Source of the DNA: Saprolegnia diclina VS20
Lineage: Eukaryota
DNA length: 60,585 bases
Assembly (NCBI RefSeq): GCF_000281045.1
Contig: NW_008246068.1
Location: 993,441 to 1,054,025, forward strand
Direction: 5' to 3'
Numbering within the stretch: position 1 is the first letter of the stretch; each line of letters begins with the position of its first letter. Positions 49,092 to 60,585 of the stretch are shown piece after piece. A program made the translations under genes and the position numbers. The notes beneath the pieces are model-generated. The model searched no databases and was not told the origin of the DNA. It worked only from the letters and a program-made list of their open reading frames with translations.

Positions 49092-51144
49092 ATGGTGGGC
49101 GGTCTTGGTGACACAGGCTACGTCACCGCCTGCAAATACGTGGCCGACATCCCGGGCGCGGCGACGGTTGGCACGTGTGTCTGCTTTGGGCTGCTTGTGT
49201 ACCTAGTGACGTCGACAGTCACCAACTTTGTCGGCGCCACCTTGCAGGTAGACAAATTGACCTAGCTGTCAACAGCTCACTGGAGCGTAGGCGCTCGTCA
49301 CCGACATTGGACTGCCCGCCGATGTGACCGGCGTGACGCTCTTGAGCTGGCACAACGCGCTGCCCAACCTTCTCGTCGTCGTTGTGGCCACCTCGCAAGG
49401 CGCGCCGGCAGCCGGTCTTCTGCTCGTCCTTGGCAGTAGCCTCCTCACGACCACAGGTTCTCGCAGCGACGTCTGGAATCTTCGATTTGAAACATCTGGT
49501 AGTCACGGTCGCGGCCTCGAATCTGGCGGCCGAGACGCACCAGACGGTGGACCCGGTCCGGTTTTCGCGCGACGTTGGGTTTTACCTCCTGGTGCTGGTG
49601 TATGTCGGCAGCCTCGTGTTGTACGAAGCGGTGTGGCTTTGCTTTGAGCACGCCTTGCGCATACTATGCGGTGTACTGTAGGACATGACGGAGACCACCC
49701 ATCGCATCGTCGTTGCTAGTCTTGCGCTGAGCTATCTCCTCAGCATCGGTATCATTGAGGTCCTTCGGTGGCGCAAGCCACACGTGCCGCACTGGACGCC
49801 GCGCACCCGCGCCCGCCGTCGCAAGGCGTCTTACGTGGCGAAAACCACGAGGCCCGCCATGTACCTCATCGACTCGAGCCCCGAGTCCGACTGGGAAGAA
49901 AATGACATGCTGCTGCCGTCGCCACCGGCCGCGCCCAAGTCACCGCCCATGCAGTTGATCGACGCGTCGTCCGCGGCTCAAGCGTCGCCGCTCTCTGGTC
50001 TCATTGCGCTCGTCTGGCCCCAAAGCGTACCGTACTTGGTGATCCCACGACACTCTTCAGTCTGTATCAACTAGGCGCCGGCCAGCCAAAAGCCACATCC
50101 CGCTGCGACGTCCTTCCTCAACGCCCTGCGTGTGAGCGCTCAAATTGGCCCGAACGTCCGGCGCTGGGTCCTGCCGTTCGAGCCTCTCGTGGTGTCGCCA
50201 CCGAGCTTTGCGTCCTACGGCGCGTGCGTGTACGACGCAGCAAAACCCAAAGCTCAACACCTTGACTCGCCCCTCCACGATCTGTACCGGCGCTACTACA
50301 ACTATGTGTGGTGGCCGATCGCGGGTCTGTGCACATTCGTACGCCGCCTCTTGATTCCTCTTGTCGCCATCGAGGCGTGGCACCGAGGGATGAACATAGT
50401 CGCCATGTGGAGCGCCACCTCGCTGCTCGCCCACGCCATGTGGCCGACGTGGCCGTGGCCACCTACCTTGCTTCTCGGCTTGTCCTTTGCGGTGTTTGCA
50501 GCCGTGACATCGACAAGCTACCGCGGCCCGGCCCGCCTCGCGCGCCTCGTACATGTAATCGTGGCACTGCCCATGTCGGTGCTTGTGGCCTATGTGCTGC
50601 AAGAGGCCATGCTAACGGTTGTGCCAACAACGATACTCGGCCTCAACACCAGTGTCTCGTGGCTGCTCGGGCTTGTACGTCATTGGCCTTGCTGGCGCCA
50701 TGTATCATGCAACGATGTAGGTGGTCGCGGCGGCGAATGCGCTGAGCGGGATCTTTGCCGCGGTAGCCGTCGCACACCAAGGCCAGCCCTCGATGGCGCT
50801 CAGCAGCTGCTTTGGCGGCCCGACGATGTCGCTCTTGGGCAGCGCCGGCTACATCTTGCACCACTCATGGTAGTCCTATCTACCAAAACGAGATGCATAC
50901 AGTCGACATTAGGGCGCTGGGGACACCCGTCGTGTTTGGTCCGCCCTCGCTCGTGACGCAGCTCCTGATTGCACTGTGCATGCTAGCGGTTGTCGTCAAC
51001 TGGGTCACTGTCGCCACCTACCATTTCGCGTACACGAACGGTCTCTGCCACTTTCTCATAGTCCTCTACGGGACGTATGTTGGGATCGGTCTCTGCATAC
51101 TGCTGGAGTACGACCCCTTTCAAGGCCACCCGACCGCGTCCTAG
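49092..51144 (+). CDS. Divergent cation/Ca2+ exchanger (CaCA superfamily, CCX/NCLX-like; multi-exon)
   Basis: Alpha-1-like GLPADVTGVTLLSWHNALPN, FSRDVGFYL, alpha-2-like WLLGL-VVAAANALSG and GQPSMALSSCFGGP. Many hydrophobic helices. Confidence 0.72.
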
Positions 51145-51251
51145 ACGACAACTTGCCTGCAAACTATATATATGTGTATACTAGCCTTTGGCTTTATATA
51201 TACTAGTAGTACCAAGGCCACACACTTACTAGTACAATGCAAGGGGCCGCG

Positions 51252-52905
51252 TTACGGTGCGAGCTCAAGACGATCGAGCTTGGCCTTTTCAAAGTGCGAG
51301 ACCTGGAGCTTCCGGCCGCCAAAGAACCGCCCGTGCAAACCGGCAAGCGCTATGACCAATGCCGTAGGAAACCACTCGAGTATCAACCAAGTATCAAGTA
51401 CCTTTGGCCGCGTCCGGCTCGTTCAAAAACTCGACAAAGATCCGGACGGCTTCGTGGGCCGGCACGCCCGTCGTCACCTCGAACACAATACACTTGACGA
51501 CGGGGCCGTACTTGGATTGGCACTCTGCCTTCACCTCGCCCTCGAGCTCGTCGTCGACTTCGCCGGGCCCGACCATGTTCTAGTATTGGCTCGTCGCGTA
51601 AGTATCAACTTGATACAAGCGTGCAGGGCTACCTGGAGAAGCAGCACTGTCTTCTTGGGCGTCACCTTTTGATCAAAGCGAGAGACGCGCTGACCAAAGC
51701 GGGAGACACGGGCTTTCGGTGTCGTCGTCGACGGCGCTGACGTCATTGGGGGGACGGTGGCCGGCGTCACCATGGGCGCCGGCGACGGTGCTGGCGGCGG
51801 CGTCTGTGCCGACGCAAAGCCGAGCCCCCGAGGCGCTTCGGATGCGTCGTCGTACTGCCCTGCCACTGCACGCGGACTTGGGCCCACGGCTGCGACCGGT
51901 GTCTGATCTTTCGATGTCTCTTCACTACATGTGGATGATGAATTTAACGAGGTATGGCCAGAGAGACGTGTACATCTTCTTGGTCATCCACGCAGGCAGG
52001 TTCATGCCTCGGCCACGACCACCTAAGTGTGCGATGAGATATGGGGTATTAGTAGGGCGGTTTTGCTCACCTGGCACATTTGTGGTGGCGACAGTGGGCA
52101 TGCGGCCAGCTTCGAGGTCCCGCGCCAGCTCTTCGCGCTCGCGTGCTCTCTACAACATGCAGCAAGAGGAGTACTTGAAAGAGTACGAATCGAGTGAAAA
52201 GTACCGCGCGATCGAGCCGCTTTTGTCGCTCTTCTAGGTCGCGCTTGACCTTTTCTTGCTTCTTGCGCATCTTGCGATCTTCAACGTACGACATGTAGTC
52301 GTTCGGGCGCGCGGGGTCGTACTCGTCGCGGATCTCGCCGATAAACGTAGCGGGCCGCGCGCGGTTGTCGTCGTCGTTTTCGTTGTCGTTCTCGGTGGCC
52401 CGGAAAGGCGCCGACTCGTCCACCAGAGGCGCCGTTGGCTTGCGCGTCACCGACACAGTCGTAAACGATGCAAGGCCGAGCGACGTCTTGAGCGTCGGTG
52501 TCGACGTTGCTGCGGGCGACGGCGACGGGCGTGCCGGCGTCGCGACCGCGTTGGTCGCGCTCGTCGTCGTGACGGCCGCTGGACGGTTGGCAAACTTGGC
52601 CGCAAGCTTCTTCGCAGCCCAGCTCAAGCCTGTCGTACGCATCAGATATCACACTATGCAGGATGGAGGTGTCGACTTGGCGTGGCGGGTGTGGCTGGCT
52701 CGGCTTTGACGGGCTCGGGTGGTGTCGGCTTGGGCGATTCGACGGGTGCGGCTGGCGCCGGCTTGGCGGGCGTCGCTGGCGTAAAGCCGACGGGCTGGAA
52801 GCGCGACTTCTTGGCTGGTTTTGGGGCCACGACGCTCGGGGCGAAGCCAAGGCCGATGCCAGAGCCGTCGTTGGTCGGCGGCAGATCGCCGTACAGATCA
52901 TCCAT
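51252..52905 (-). CDS. SPF45: Splicing factor 45 / RBM17-like UHM protein (multi-exon)
   Basis: MDDLYGDLPP, SF45 motif DEYDPARPNDY, and C-terminal UHM VLLLQNMVGPGEVDDELEGEVKAEC..AVRIFVEF..LHGRFFGGR. Confidence 0.9.
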
Positions 52906-53256
52906 CGTGCTGCAAATGTCGAATGCCACATTAGCCACTCGGCCCCCATCTCGCGCGACCACCATACTTATACATATTCAGAGTATATTGTTTTGACCCC
53001 ACCCCGCCCCATCAAACGGTTGTAATTGGTGCAAATAAACAATATTTGGCCAATCAATGACGTTGGCGCCGTGCAACTGGACGTCCCTCGTCAACCCAGC
53101 CTGTTGAAAGTGCTTCTGTATCTATCTAGTCGAGTCATAATGCTATGACAAGGCCTAGCACTTAGTATATATACTAGTATATATACCATATACTGAGTGC
53201 TCCCTCGCCATTTTCAATCGGAAACGACCTCGAAACGACCAAGACAGGCGGATGGC

Positions 53257-56200
53257 ATGACCGACATCGTGCTTTCTCCGCGCCACATTTCGCTGTCGCG
53301 CGTGGTCGTTGAAAAGACCGAAGGCCGACTACTGGCGCGGAGTACGTACTGGGAGATCTACGAGGCGACCTATGGTGCGACGACGGTCGCCGCGCTTTGT
53401 TACCGCCAGTCCAGTCGCCGCGACACGCTTTGGGCCGCCACGGTCCACTACATCGACCGCCTTCTCGCCGCCGTCCACCCCGTGCGTTGTCATTGTGTGC
53501 AAAAACTTTTGATGTACAATATTGACGTAGAATGTGCTACAGGTGATCGGTCTCGTCTACGACTTGTCAGCGCATCGACGCGACGCGCTGCCCGAGTGGC
53601 TTCTAGTCGAGAAGACCTCGATGAGTCTCTTTGACGCATTACACACGCACAAGATTGTCTTTAGTGATGCTGACGTGATCACCATCGCGATCCAAGTCGT
53701 CCAAGCGATTGCGTTCTGCAACGGCGTCGGACTCCGTCATCTTACGAGTCGAAAAGTGCTCATGCTGGACATTTCGGTGCCAAAAATCAAAATTGGAGGC
53801 CTCTTTCAGCGCGATATTCTCGAAATGGCCAACGCACCGACCGGCGCGACACCGTATGAGCCCCCGGCGACGGCGTCGGCCATCAACGCCGACATGTACG
53901 CCTTTGGCGTCCTTCTCTGGGAACTCTGTACAAGCGAGAAGCCGACCGTCGAGCTCTTCCACTGTACGGCCCAGGTGCGCGTTGCCCGACCGCACTTGGA
54001 GCTGGCCGAAAGTCTCATTCGCGCATGCACGCACGAGGACGCGGGAAGTCGTCCGTCGGCCACCGAGGTTCTCGCCGAGCTTGTCGACTTTCAGGCGCGT
54101 CGCGCGTCGCAGCCACCAGAGATGTGCTGCCCGCCGCCGCCATCGAATGTTGTGCTGCATCAAACGCTCCAGCGCCTCGCGGCCGTCGAGAGCCAAGTGC
54201 TCGACGAGCAGCGCAATTTTGACGTGGTCGTCGGCCAACTCGAGTTTGCCAACGCCGAAATCGCATCGCTACAAGCTCTATTGAGTGTCAAGGCGGACGG
54301 GCTCGGGGCGCTCGAAACAGCACACGCCCGAGCCCGCGCGCGCGTCGCGGACCTTGAAGCCATAGAGGCTCCGCTGGAAACGCAGCTCGCCGCCGCGACA
54401 CAGCGCGTGCGTGAGCTCGAGCACGAAACGCAGCGGCTGGAGCATCAGACGGCGCATCAAAGAGAGCAAGCGGCCAAGACACGCCTTGACGTGGAGAGCG
54501 TGATCTTCGAGGTTGGATGCTGGATGGATGCATGAAGGACTATTGTTGTGTTGTAGAAACAGCAGCTGCGACAACTCGTGCAGACGCTGGAAGTCAACTT
54601 GCGTGACGCAGAGACTACCTTGGCGCAAGAGAAGGATGTGAGCGACGAGCTCAATGTGCGCTGGCAACAAACGATCAAGCACTGCCAGCATGAACAGCTC
54701 CAGCGAGAAAAGGTCGAGCGACAACTGACGCAACTCCGGCTGGACAACAAGGTGCTCCATCGTCTCTCTTTGACGACGTGATCACCCAAGTCGACCGTAG
54801 GAAGCCGTGGATCAGCTCCGCGATTGGCATCCCGACACGGGTGTGCTCGCCAAACAACGTCAAGCTACTATGGACGATCAAGTGCTCGACCACTTACATC
54901 GCATCCAGGCGCTTAGCCGAGAGGTTTCTTGCTGCTTCTCATGGATGAGCCTTATGGCGTGCGGTAGATGGTCGCTCTCAAGGTCGACATGACCGCGCTG
55001 CAAGACGAGCTCGTCGCGAGCCGCGCGCGCGAACACGTACCACGACTTGACATCCTTCTCGTACGTAGCGCAATATGATCGTGTAGGCACTCGATATTCG
55101 CGTCGTTGACCTGCAGTGTGCATTAACGCTGGCCGAGGCGGCGACAGCAACAGCGAATGCAGCAAGCACCGACTGGGCCGACCGGTTCGCGCAGCAAGCC
55201 GACGACCTCCAAGCGAGCCTCGACGCCTACAAAGACCTGCAGCGCGCACACGCCGACGTGCAGCACCAGCTCTCGCGCGAACTGCAGCAACGCCACGACG
55301 AAGGTACACAATATGTCATTTTCTTGCTCATATAAAGACATCTGGCTGTAGAAATGGCCCGAAAAGCGCGCCGATGTTTGGACTTGAACTGCGACGCCCC
55401 GCCTTTCTTGATCCAGTCGTCGGGCTATTGCAAGGACCACCATGAAAAGCGAGAGCGCGCGAAGGCCGAGAAGTTGCGGCAGCTCGAAGAAGTGCAGCGT
55501 CAAAAGCCGCCCGACGATGTCGCCGCCGATGCATTTGCGCTTGGCGGCGTACAACAGCTCGTCAGCGTCGTGGAAACGTTCCAGAAAAGCGCTGCGATCG
55601 TCGCCGCAGTCCTCAAGAAACTGCATGTGCTCTGCGAAGCACATGGTACCACCGTTACCTTCTACTGTCGGCGAACGAGTTATATCCTGTGACATATAGT
55701 CACCCACAAGAACGAACTTGGCGATTTCGGGGGGTTCCCGGCGCTCGTTCGCGTCGCACAGCACCAGAGTACGCTCGAGGTAACGCAGCTTGCGCTCGCA
55801 CGGTTGTTTGGCGTCGCAGCCTTCAACCACGACGTCAACCGCATTCGACTCGTGAGCGAAGGCGCACTCGACTCGCTATTGCTGGCGATGACAGGCTTTA
55901 CACACAGCGTATCGCTTCAGAAAAGCAGCTGCACGACGCTGACCAACTTGGCACACAACTGCGGTACAATGTGCTTTGACTGCTACCAAAGTAGCAACGC
56001 AATGACTAGAGGGGAACCGCCGAAAGATACTAGAAAAAGGCGGCCTTGAGCGTATTTTGGACGCGATGCAAGCGTTCCCAAAGGAGCCATCGTTGCAGGA
56101 GAGTGCGTGCTGGGCCCTCATCAGCCTCGCGGGTTCGGGTAGGATGCCGCGTTGTTTCTGCTATGTATCAACTTGATATTTAGATTATATGTGCGAACAC

Positions 56201-56528
56201 ATTGCCGCGCGTGGTGGCGTTGGCGCGATTTTGGCGGCGATGCTCAACTGCCCAAGCGTCGCGTCGGTGCAATATTACGGCGTGTGGGCGCTACTGAACG
56301 TCGTCTCGGGCGTCGAGACGCTGCAAGAATTTGCAACCCAAGAAGGTATGTCCCTTATGTGGATAATATTGTCATGCGCACCGATTAGGGGCTATCGAGG
56401 TGTGCGAGGCCGCCATAGCATGCTTTCCCGAGCACGCTGGCATCCAAGACAAGGCGCAATGCGTCCTGGACATGCTCACCGACAATCAAGAGTTGTGTGC
56501 TACCGACGCCGTGTTGCCTGATAAATAA
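53257..56528 (+). CDS. Pseudokinase + coiled-coil + small Cys/His knuckle + armadillo-repeat protein (multi-exon)
   Basis: Kinase C-lobe ADMYAFGVLLWELCT and CTHEDAGSRPSATEV, a long heptad region, CLDLNC..GYCKDH, and ARM-like repeats (GGLERILDAMQAFPKEPSLQESACWALISLA; GGVGAILAAMLNCPSVASVQYYGVWALLNV). Confidence 0.75.
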
Positions 56529-57426
56529 CCGTTATGGAAGATAATGTCATGTCGCGTTGCCCAGTGTACACAAGATGTCGTAGTGGCATCGCCACCGAGC
56601 GCGCCAACGCTTCAGGGAAAGGAAGGTCATTCTTTGCATACAAAATGATAAACTAGAGCTAATGTAGTGTCCTCGTCTTCGAGGGTCCAGCGTATTGACG
56701 CGATGCAGCGGATAGGACTCATCGTCCTGGCGCAGAAGGCACAACACAAAGAGGCTAACGTCATCCAAAGAACAATATTGTACGTCTTCCCAAACGCCGT
56801 CGAGCGGCAGTCTCCGTAAAGCCTCGTTGATAGTACCTGGACCAGCTCAAGATCGCAATTCGCGCGGAATGTACAGTAATTGGGCGATTTATATATTTGA
56901 GCCAATCACAGGTCTTGAAAACCAGGTGTGGCGCCGCCTGCTATGCGAGGCAGCTCGGTTGCGACAATTGCGTTCGGAAATGAAAGCGCTGCCACTTGGC
57001 CTGGTGTTTCTCAATCCTTTGGAGAGCACAACACGCTACTTGTTATCGGCGTGCGAGCAATACAACGCGAGCAATCGACTGTTTTGTTAATCATGGCACG
57101 TACCACATTTATAGATTATATATGGCTATCTATGGCGTGCGGTTGAGCCTGTTGGTATTTTTCAGCACTGACAGTGAATTGCATGGGCGCCGCGTCTGGG
57201 CGATGGGACGAGCACATTGCAGCAGTGACACCTTTGTGAACATATACCGCTCCATATCTCCAACATTCCACAATTTGCTCACAAGCCTATTGCTAAGCTC
57301 GGTCTAGTGCACTGGATCGCCAACACCGACTCACAATTGCGCAACGCAAATACACAAAGGACTCTTATCGACGTTACAGTCAAGTCCTATACGAACACTA
57401 GACACCTGCGCCATTCGTGAGAGCGC

Positions 57427-59139
57427 TTAGACCGGGCACGTGCCGTTGACCGTGCCCTTGCCGCCAGCGATGCGGTAGCACTTGGTCGACGGGAAGATGG
57501 CCATGATGTTGCTCGTCATCGAGAACGAGAGCGCGCCAAAGAACATGAAGATCAAGATGGCGCCCGCAAGCTTGCTCTTGCCGCCGCGCTTCTTGAGCTC
57601 TTGCATGGCCGCCTTTTGCGGTGGCAGCATCCAGAGCCAGAAAAGCGCCGCGACCTTGCAGCTGTACGAGATGATGTAGCAGTACGCGACCTCCCACCGG
57701 ATCTCGGGCGTGTCCGTCTTGATGTTGTCGACCGAGACGAGGAAGAACGAGTTGATGTACTTGTAGATAACAGACGCGAACGGCGACGCGAGGTTGGAGA
57801 TCGTCGTGACGAGACCGTACGTGGCGCCCTCGTTACCGACATCGGCAATCTCGACGGCGCAGTACGTGGCGACGATGAAGCGGACACCACCCGGCACGTT
57901 GTCGGCGAGAATGACACCCGTGTAGAACCACTGGTTGCGATAGCCGTCAAAGATGGTCATAAACATGACAAAGCTGTCAATGGCAATGACACCGAGCGAC
58001 GAGAGCGCGATGGCCCAGCGCCAGTTCCAGTTGAGACCCCACTTGCCGACAATGACAAGGATCGCCGAGAAGACGAGGTTGCCAATGACGGCCGAGAGCG
58101 AGTCGTTGAGCGGCTCGACCTGGGCCCAGAGCGCGGCGACCGGCTGTCCCGGCGTCGCGTTCATCGTTTGAAACACGTTGTTGACAAAGCGGAACGCGCA
58201 AATCTGCCACAAGACGCGCTTCTGGAGGAGGCCCCAGAACATGCTGGCCCACTCGGTGAACGGCACGCGCGGCGTCTTCTTCTCGACGACCACAAAGATG
58301 GTGGTAAAGACCACAAAGACGCACGGGATAAGACAGATGCCAAAGATGACGTTGGCGCCGATCGCAAAGTCAAACGAGCCCTTGTAGACCTTGCCGTTGA
58401 GACAAAACGCGATGATGAGCTGCGCGAGAATGCCGGTGAGCGTGCGCACGACGTAGATGGCTGTCTGGATGCGGCCGCGAATGGCCACGGGCTCACGCTG
58501 CGCGTACTGGACGACCATCGCATCGGAGGCGCAGGCCGCAATGACGTAGCCAAACGAGACGAGCATGCTCATCATGATGAAGAGCGTGCCCCGGTTGGGC
58601 GCGTCCAAGTCAAAGTACTTGTCGAGGTCGCCCGCGAGAAGCTTGGCCTTGGCCGTGTCGCACGTCTTGGGGTTGGGCGTCAAGCGGCGGTCGCAGAACG
58701 GCTTGCCGAACGGCGTGAACGTCATGACTGCGAGACAGATCATCGTGATGGTCCAGCCGATGAGCATCCACGACTTGCGGCGGTAGCCAAAGATGGGCAC
58801 GCAGTCCGAGAGCATACCGAAAAAGACCTTGAACGACCAGCCCGTCGTGACGAGGACGCCGTAGGACGCGGTCTGGTAGCCTTCCATGCCGAGGTACACC
58901 GTGTAGAGCGGGTACACCAAGCTCGGGATCATGCCGTAAATGACACCGATCGCACCGTACTGCGAAAAGAGACCAAACGCCTCGCGCGAAAAGAGAGAGA
59001 GCGCACCGCCTTCAACCAACGCGCCGTCTTCGAGCTCACCGGGCGTCTTGGCGTCCGTATACTCGTCCTTGTCATTGTCATCGTTCTTGGAGTGGATGTA
59101 CGAGACGCGCTCCTCGAGATCCATCGCGGCTTGTGCCAT
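57427..59139 (-). CDS. Folate-biopterin transporter (FBT/BT1)-like MFS membrane protein
   Basis: WSFKVFFGMLSDCVPIFGYRRKSW, ASDAMVVQYAQREP..RGRIQT and GNEGATYGLVTTISNL, with many hydrophobic segments. Confidence 0.88.
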   Translation of the reverse strand: MAQAAMDLEERVSYIHSKNDDNDKDEYTDAKTPGELEDGALVEGGALSLFSREAFGLFSQYGAIGVIYGMIPSLVYPLYTVYLGMEGYQTASYGVLVTTGWSFKVFFGMLSDCVPIFGYRRKSWMLIGWTITMICLAVMTFTPFGKPFCDRRLTPNPKTCDTAKAKLLAGDLDKYFDLDAPNRGTLFIMMSMLVSFGYVIAACASDAMVVQYAQREPVAIRGRIQTAIYVVRTLTGILAQLIIAFCLNGKVYKGSFDFAIGANVIFGICLIPCVFVVFTTIFVVVEKKTPRVPFTEWASMFWGLLQKRVLWQICAFRFVNNVFQTMNATPGQPVAALWAQVEPLNDSLSAVIGNLVFSAILVIVGKWGLNWNWRWAIALSSLGVIAIDSFVMFMTIFDGYRNQWFYTGVILADNVPGGVRFIVATYCAVEIADVGNEGATYGLVTTISNLASPFASVIYKYINSFFLVSVDNIKTDTPEIRWEVAYCYIISYSCKVAALFWLWMLPPQKAAMQELKKRGGKSKLAGAILIFMFFGALSFSMTSNIMAIFPSTKCYRIAGGKGTVNGTCPV

Positions 59140-60341
59140 CCTGCGCAAAAGAAAAAGTGATTTCCCGACGCACGCGTCCACGCCGATGTGGGCCAGACGC
59201 GAATCGGAGGTCTACATCCACGATGCAAACAGCTGCCAGTACACTTTCCACTTTTGAATTTCATGGGTGCCTTGTTACGACAAGCTCAAGCCCAATCGGA
59301 CGGCCAACGTCGCGCGATGGTGTTTGACAGTCGAGTCCGTAGATATGGATGCGCTCGTTATCAGAGTTGTGATTTTGCGGCTGAAATATCGGACGGAGGG
59401 GCAAGAAGGATGGGGCTGGACTCTAGACGCGGATGAGCTCAAATGCCGGTATGAAACTATGAAACGACGCGCTCGGGACCGTTGCTTTTCTTGTTGAAAG
59501 TCGAGAAGCGAAATTCAACTCTAGTGCTGGGCAACACAATGAACACGAGTCGATGGAGTACGTTGGGCGCGCAAGGTGATTTCTGCTACAGCGTACATCT
59601 TGGCGGCATGGACATGGCAGTGTTTCCTTCTACGGCCCACTGTTATGGTCTTGCACAGTACGAGTAAACCTTGAACCCGTGTTTTCTACGCTGGCAGTTT
59701 ACGCCGGCTTGTTTGCTGAAAACATCTGGGCTCGCTGTACGGTGTACGAATCAATTGTGTCTTTGCCGCCTTGCAGCCCGTTCGGGATTGGCCACGTCGA
59801 GCGTTGAAACTCTTAGTGGCACAAAGACCCTGGCATAAAGTTTCTATGTGCTCGACGCCTGCTGGTCATCACTGAAATCTGTCGGAAATAGTGTCTCGCC
59901 AGTCACTCAACAAGCAACATATGTTGCAGCATGCAGCTTCGCACTCACGTGCGGTTGAAACTGAAATGAAGGTTAAATGTGTTGGGGTACATGTCTTCAG
60001 AAACCGCACCCTGTAAGCCTAGAGAGATAGGGGTCGATCGATCAACTTGTTGACGCGAGCGTGTGCCAATTCTGCGGCTTCTTTGGCCGTTTGTCGTGCT
60101 CCCAATTATTTTCGGGACAAATCATTGAAGCGGCAGCTCGAAGAATACCGAGACTGTGGGATGACAAAGGGTCTCCATCTACTAAAAGTGATGCAGTACA
60201 AAAAAGTACATCGAGGGCTCGTAGAGCCACCACGTCGATCCTGATGCACGCCATGGGTTCAGTATCGGTGCCCAAGCTGTCTAAATTACCAGTACGTACT
60301 GAGCACTAGTACATGCGAAGTAAACCGAGATTAAAATGCTA

Positions 60342-60584
60342 TTAGTTGAGGATGAATTTGATGCTGCTCTTGTCGATGGGAGGCAACACGAGTGGAAGGT
60401 GCACTGCGTGATGTTGCGCCAGCCCTCGCCGAGCTTTGCGCCGCAAATACTTGTCTCGCTGGCGATCGTGCTCCAGCTCGAGGTTGTCGGCGTATCGCGC
60501 GCGCATGCGGGCCAGGATAGTCGCGCGGTTTCGCGCATAGTACTTTCGGTAACGAAGGCGGTGGGCCTCGGCATCACGGCTGCT
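60342..60584 (-). CDS. 3' part of a small basic protein ending in SIKFILN (runs off window; absent from the ORF track)
   Basis: Open frame SSRDAEAHRLRYRKYYARNRATILARMRARYADNLELEHDRQRDKYLRRKARR..LPPIDKSSIKFILN*. Confidence 0.65.
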   Translation of the reverse strand, partial: SSRDAEAHRLRYRKYYARNRATILARMRARYADNLELEHDRQRDKYLRRKARRGLAQHHAVHLPLVLPPIDKSSIKFILN

Positions 60585-60585
60585 A

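Noticed and set aside
53155..53195. TA-rich palindromic runs (also 51165-51210 and 12125-12146)
   Set aside because: Low-complexity TA/CTAG microsatellite-like sequence with no TIR/TSD structure.
56915..57012. Imperfect inverted repeat (AAAACCAGGTGTGGCG.. / ..GCCACTTGGCCTGGTGTTT)
   Set aside because: It needs several gaps and mismatches, has no TSD, and matches no RNA family I can recognise.
1..60585. CRISPR arrays, rRNA genes, operons and prokaryotic terminators
   Set aside because: None seen. The sequence is eukaryotic with spliceosomal introns and has no regularly spaced direct repeats.

Overview
Eukaryotic, GC-rich, gene-dense genomic DNA with many short (~45-55 nt) GT-AG introns and three N-gaps (12318-12693, 15484-15899, 20364-21143). 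Gene families and intron size point to an oomycete, probably a Saprolegniaceae water mould (inference, not a database result). The left third is an accessory-type region. It holds an F-box/LRR gene, two related bZIP-like genes, a 935-bp internally deleted PIF/Harbinger DNA transposon with 48-bp TIRs and a TTA target-site duplication, and a birth-and-death array of secreted, membrane-anchored S33-type alpha/beta-hydrolase peptidases (three apparently intact, one pseudogene, two remnants). The rest is mostly conserved genes: nocturnin-like phosphatase, glutaryl-CoA dehydrogenase, an intronless Baeyer-Villiger-type monooxygenase, two GH3 beta-glucosidases sharing an ~800-bp near-identical inverted tract, carnitine acyltransferase, CFAP57, VPS54, a TALE homeodomain/Myb-like fusion, an A20/AN1 zinc finger, a divergent CCX exchanger, SPF45, a pseudokinase-coiled-coil-ARM gene and an FBT transporter. 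The most notable leads are the Harbinger derivative, a CCGGATA promoter motif shared by host genes and the transposon ends, the GH3 conversion tract, the homeodomain-Myb-like fusion, a possibly domesticated transposase N-terminus and a possible decayed Dam-like methyltransferase. CDS coordinates are gene spans including introns. Exon boundaries were read by eye.
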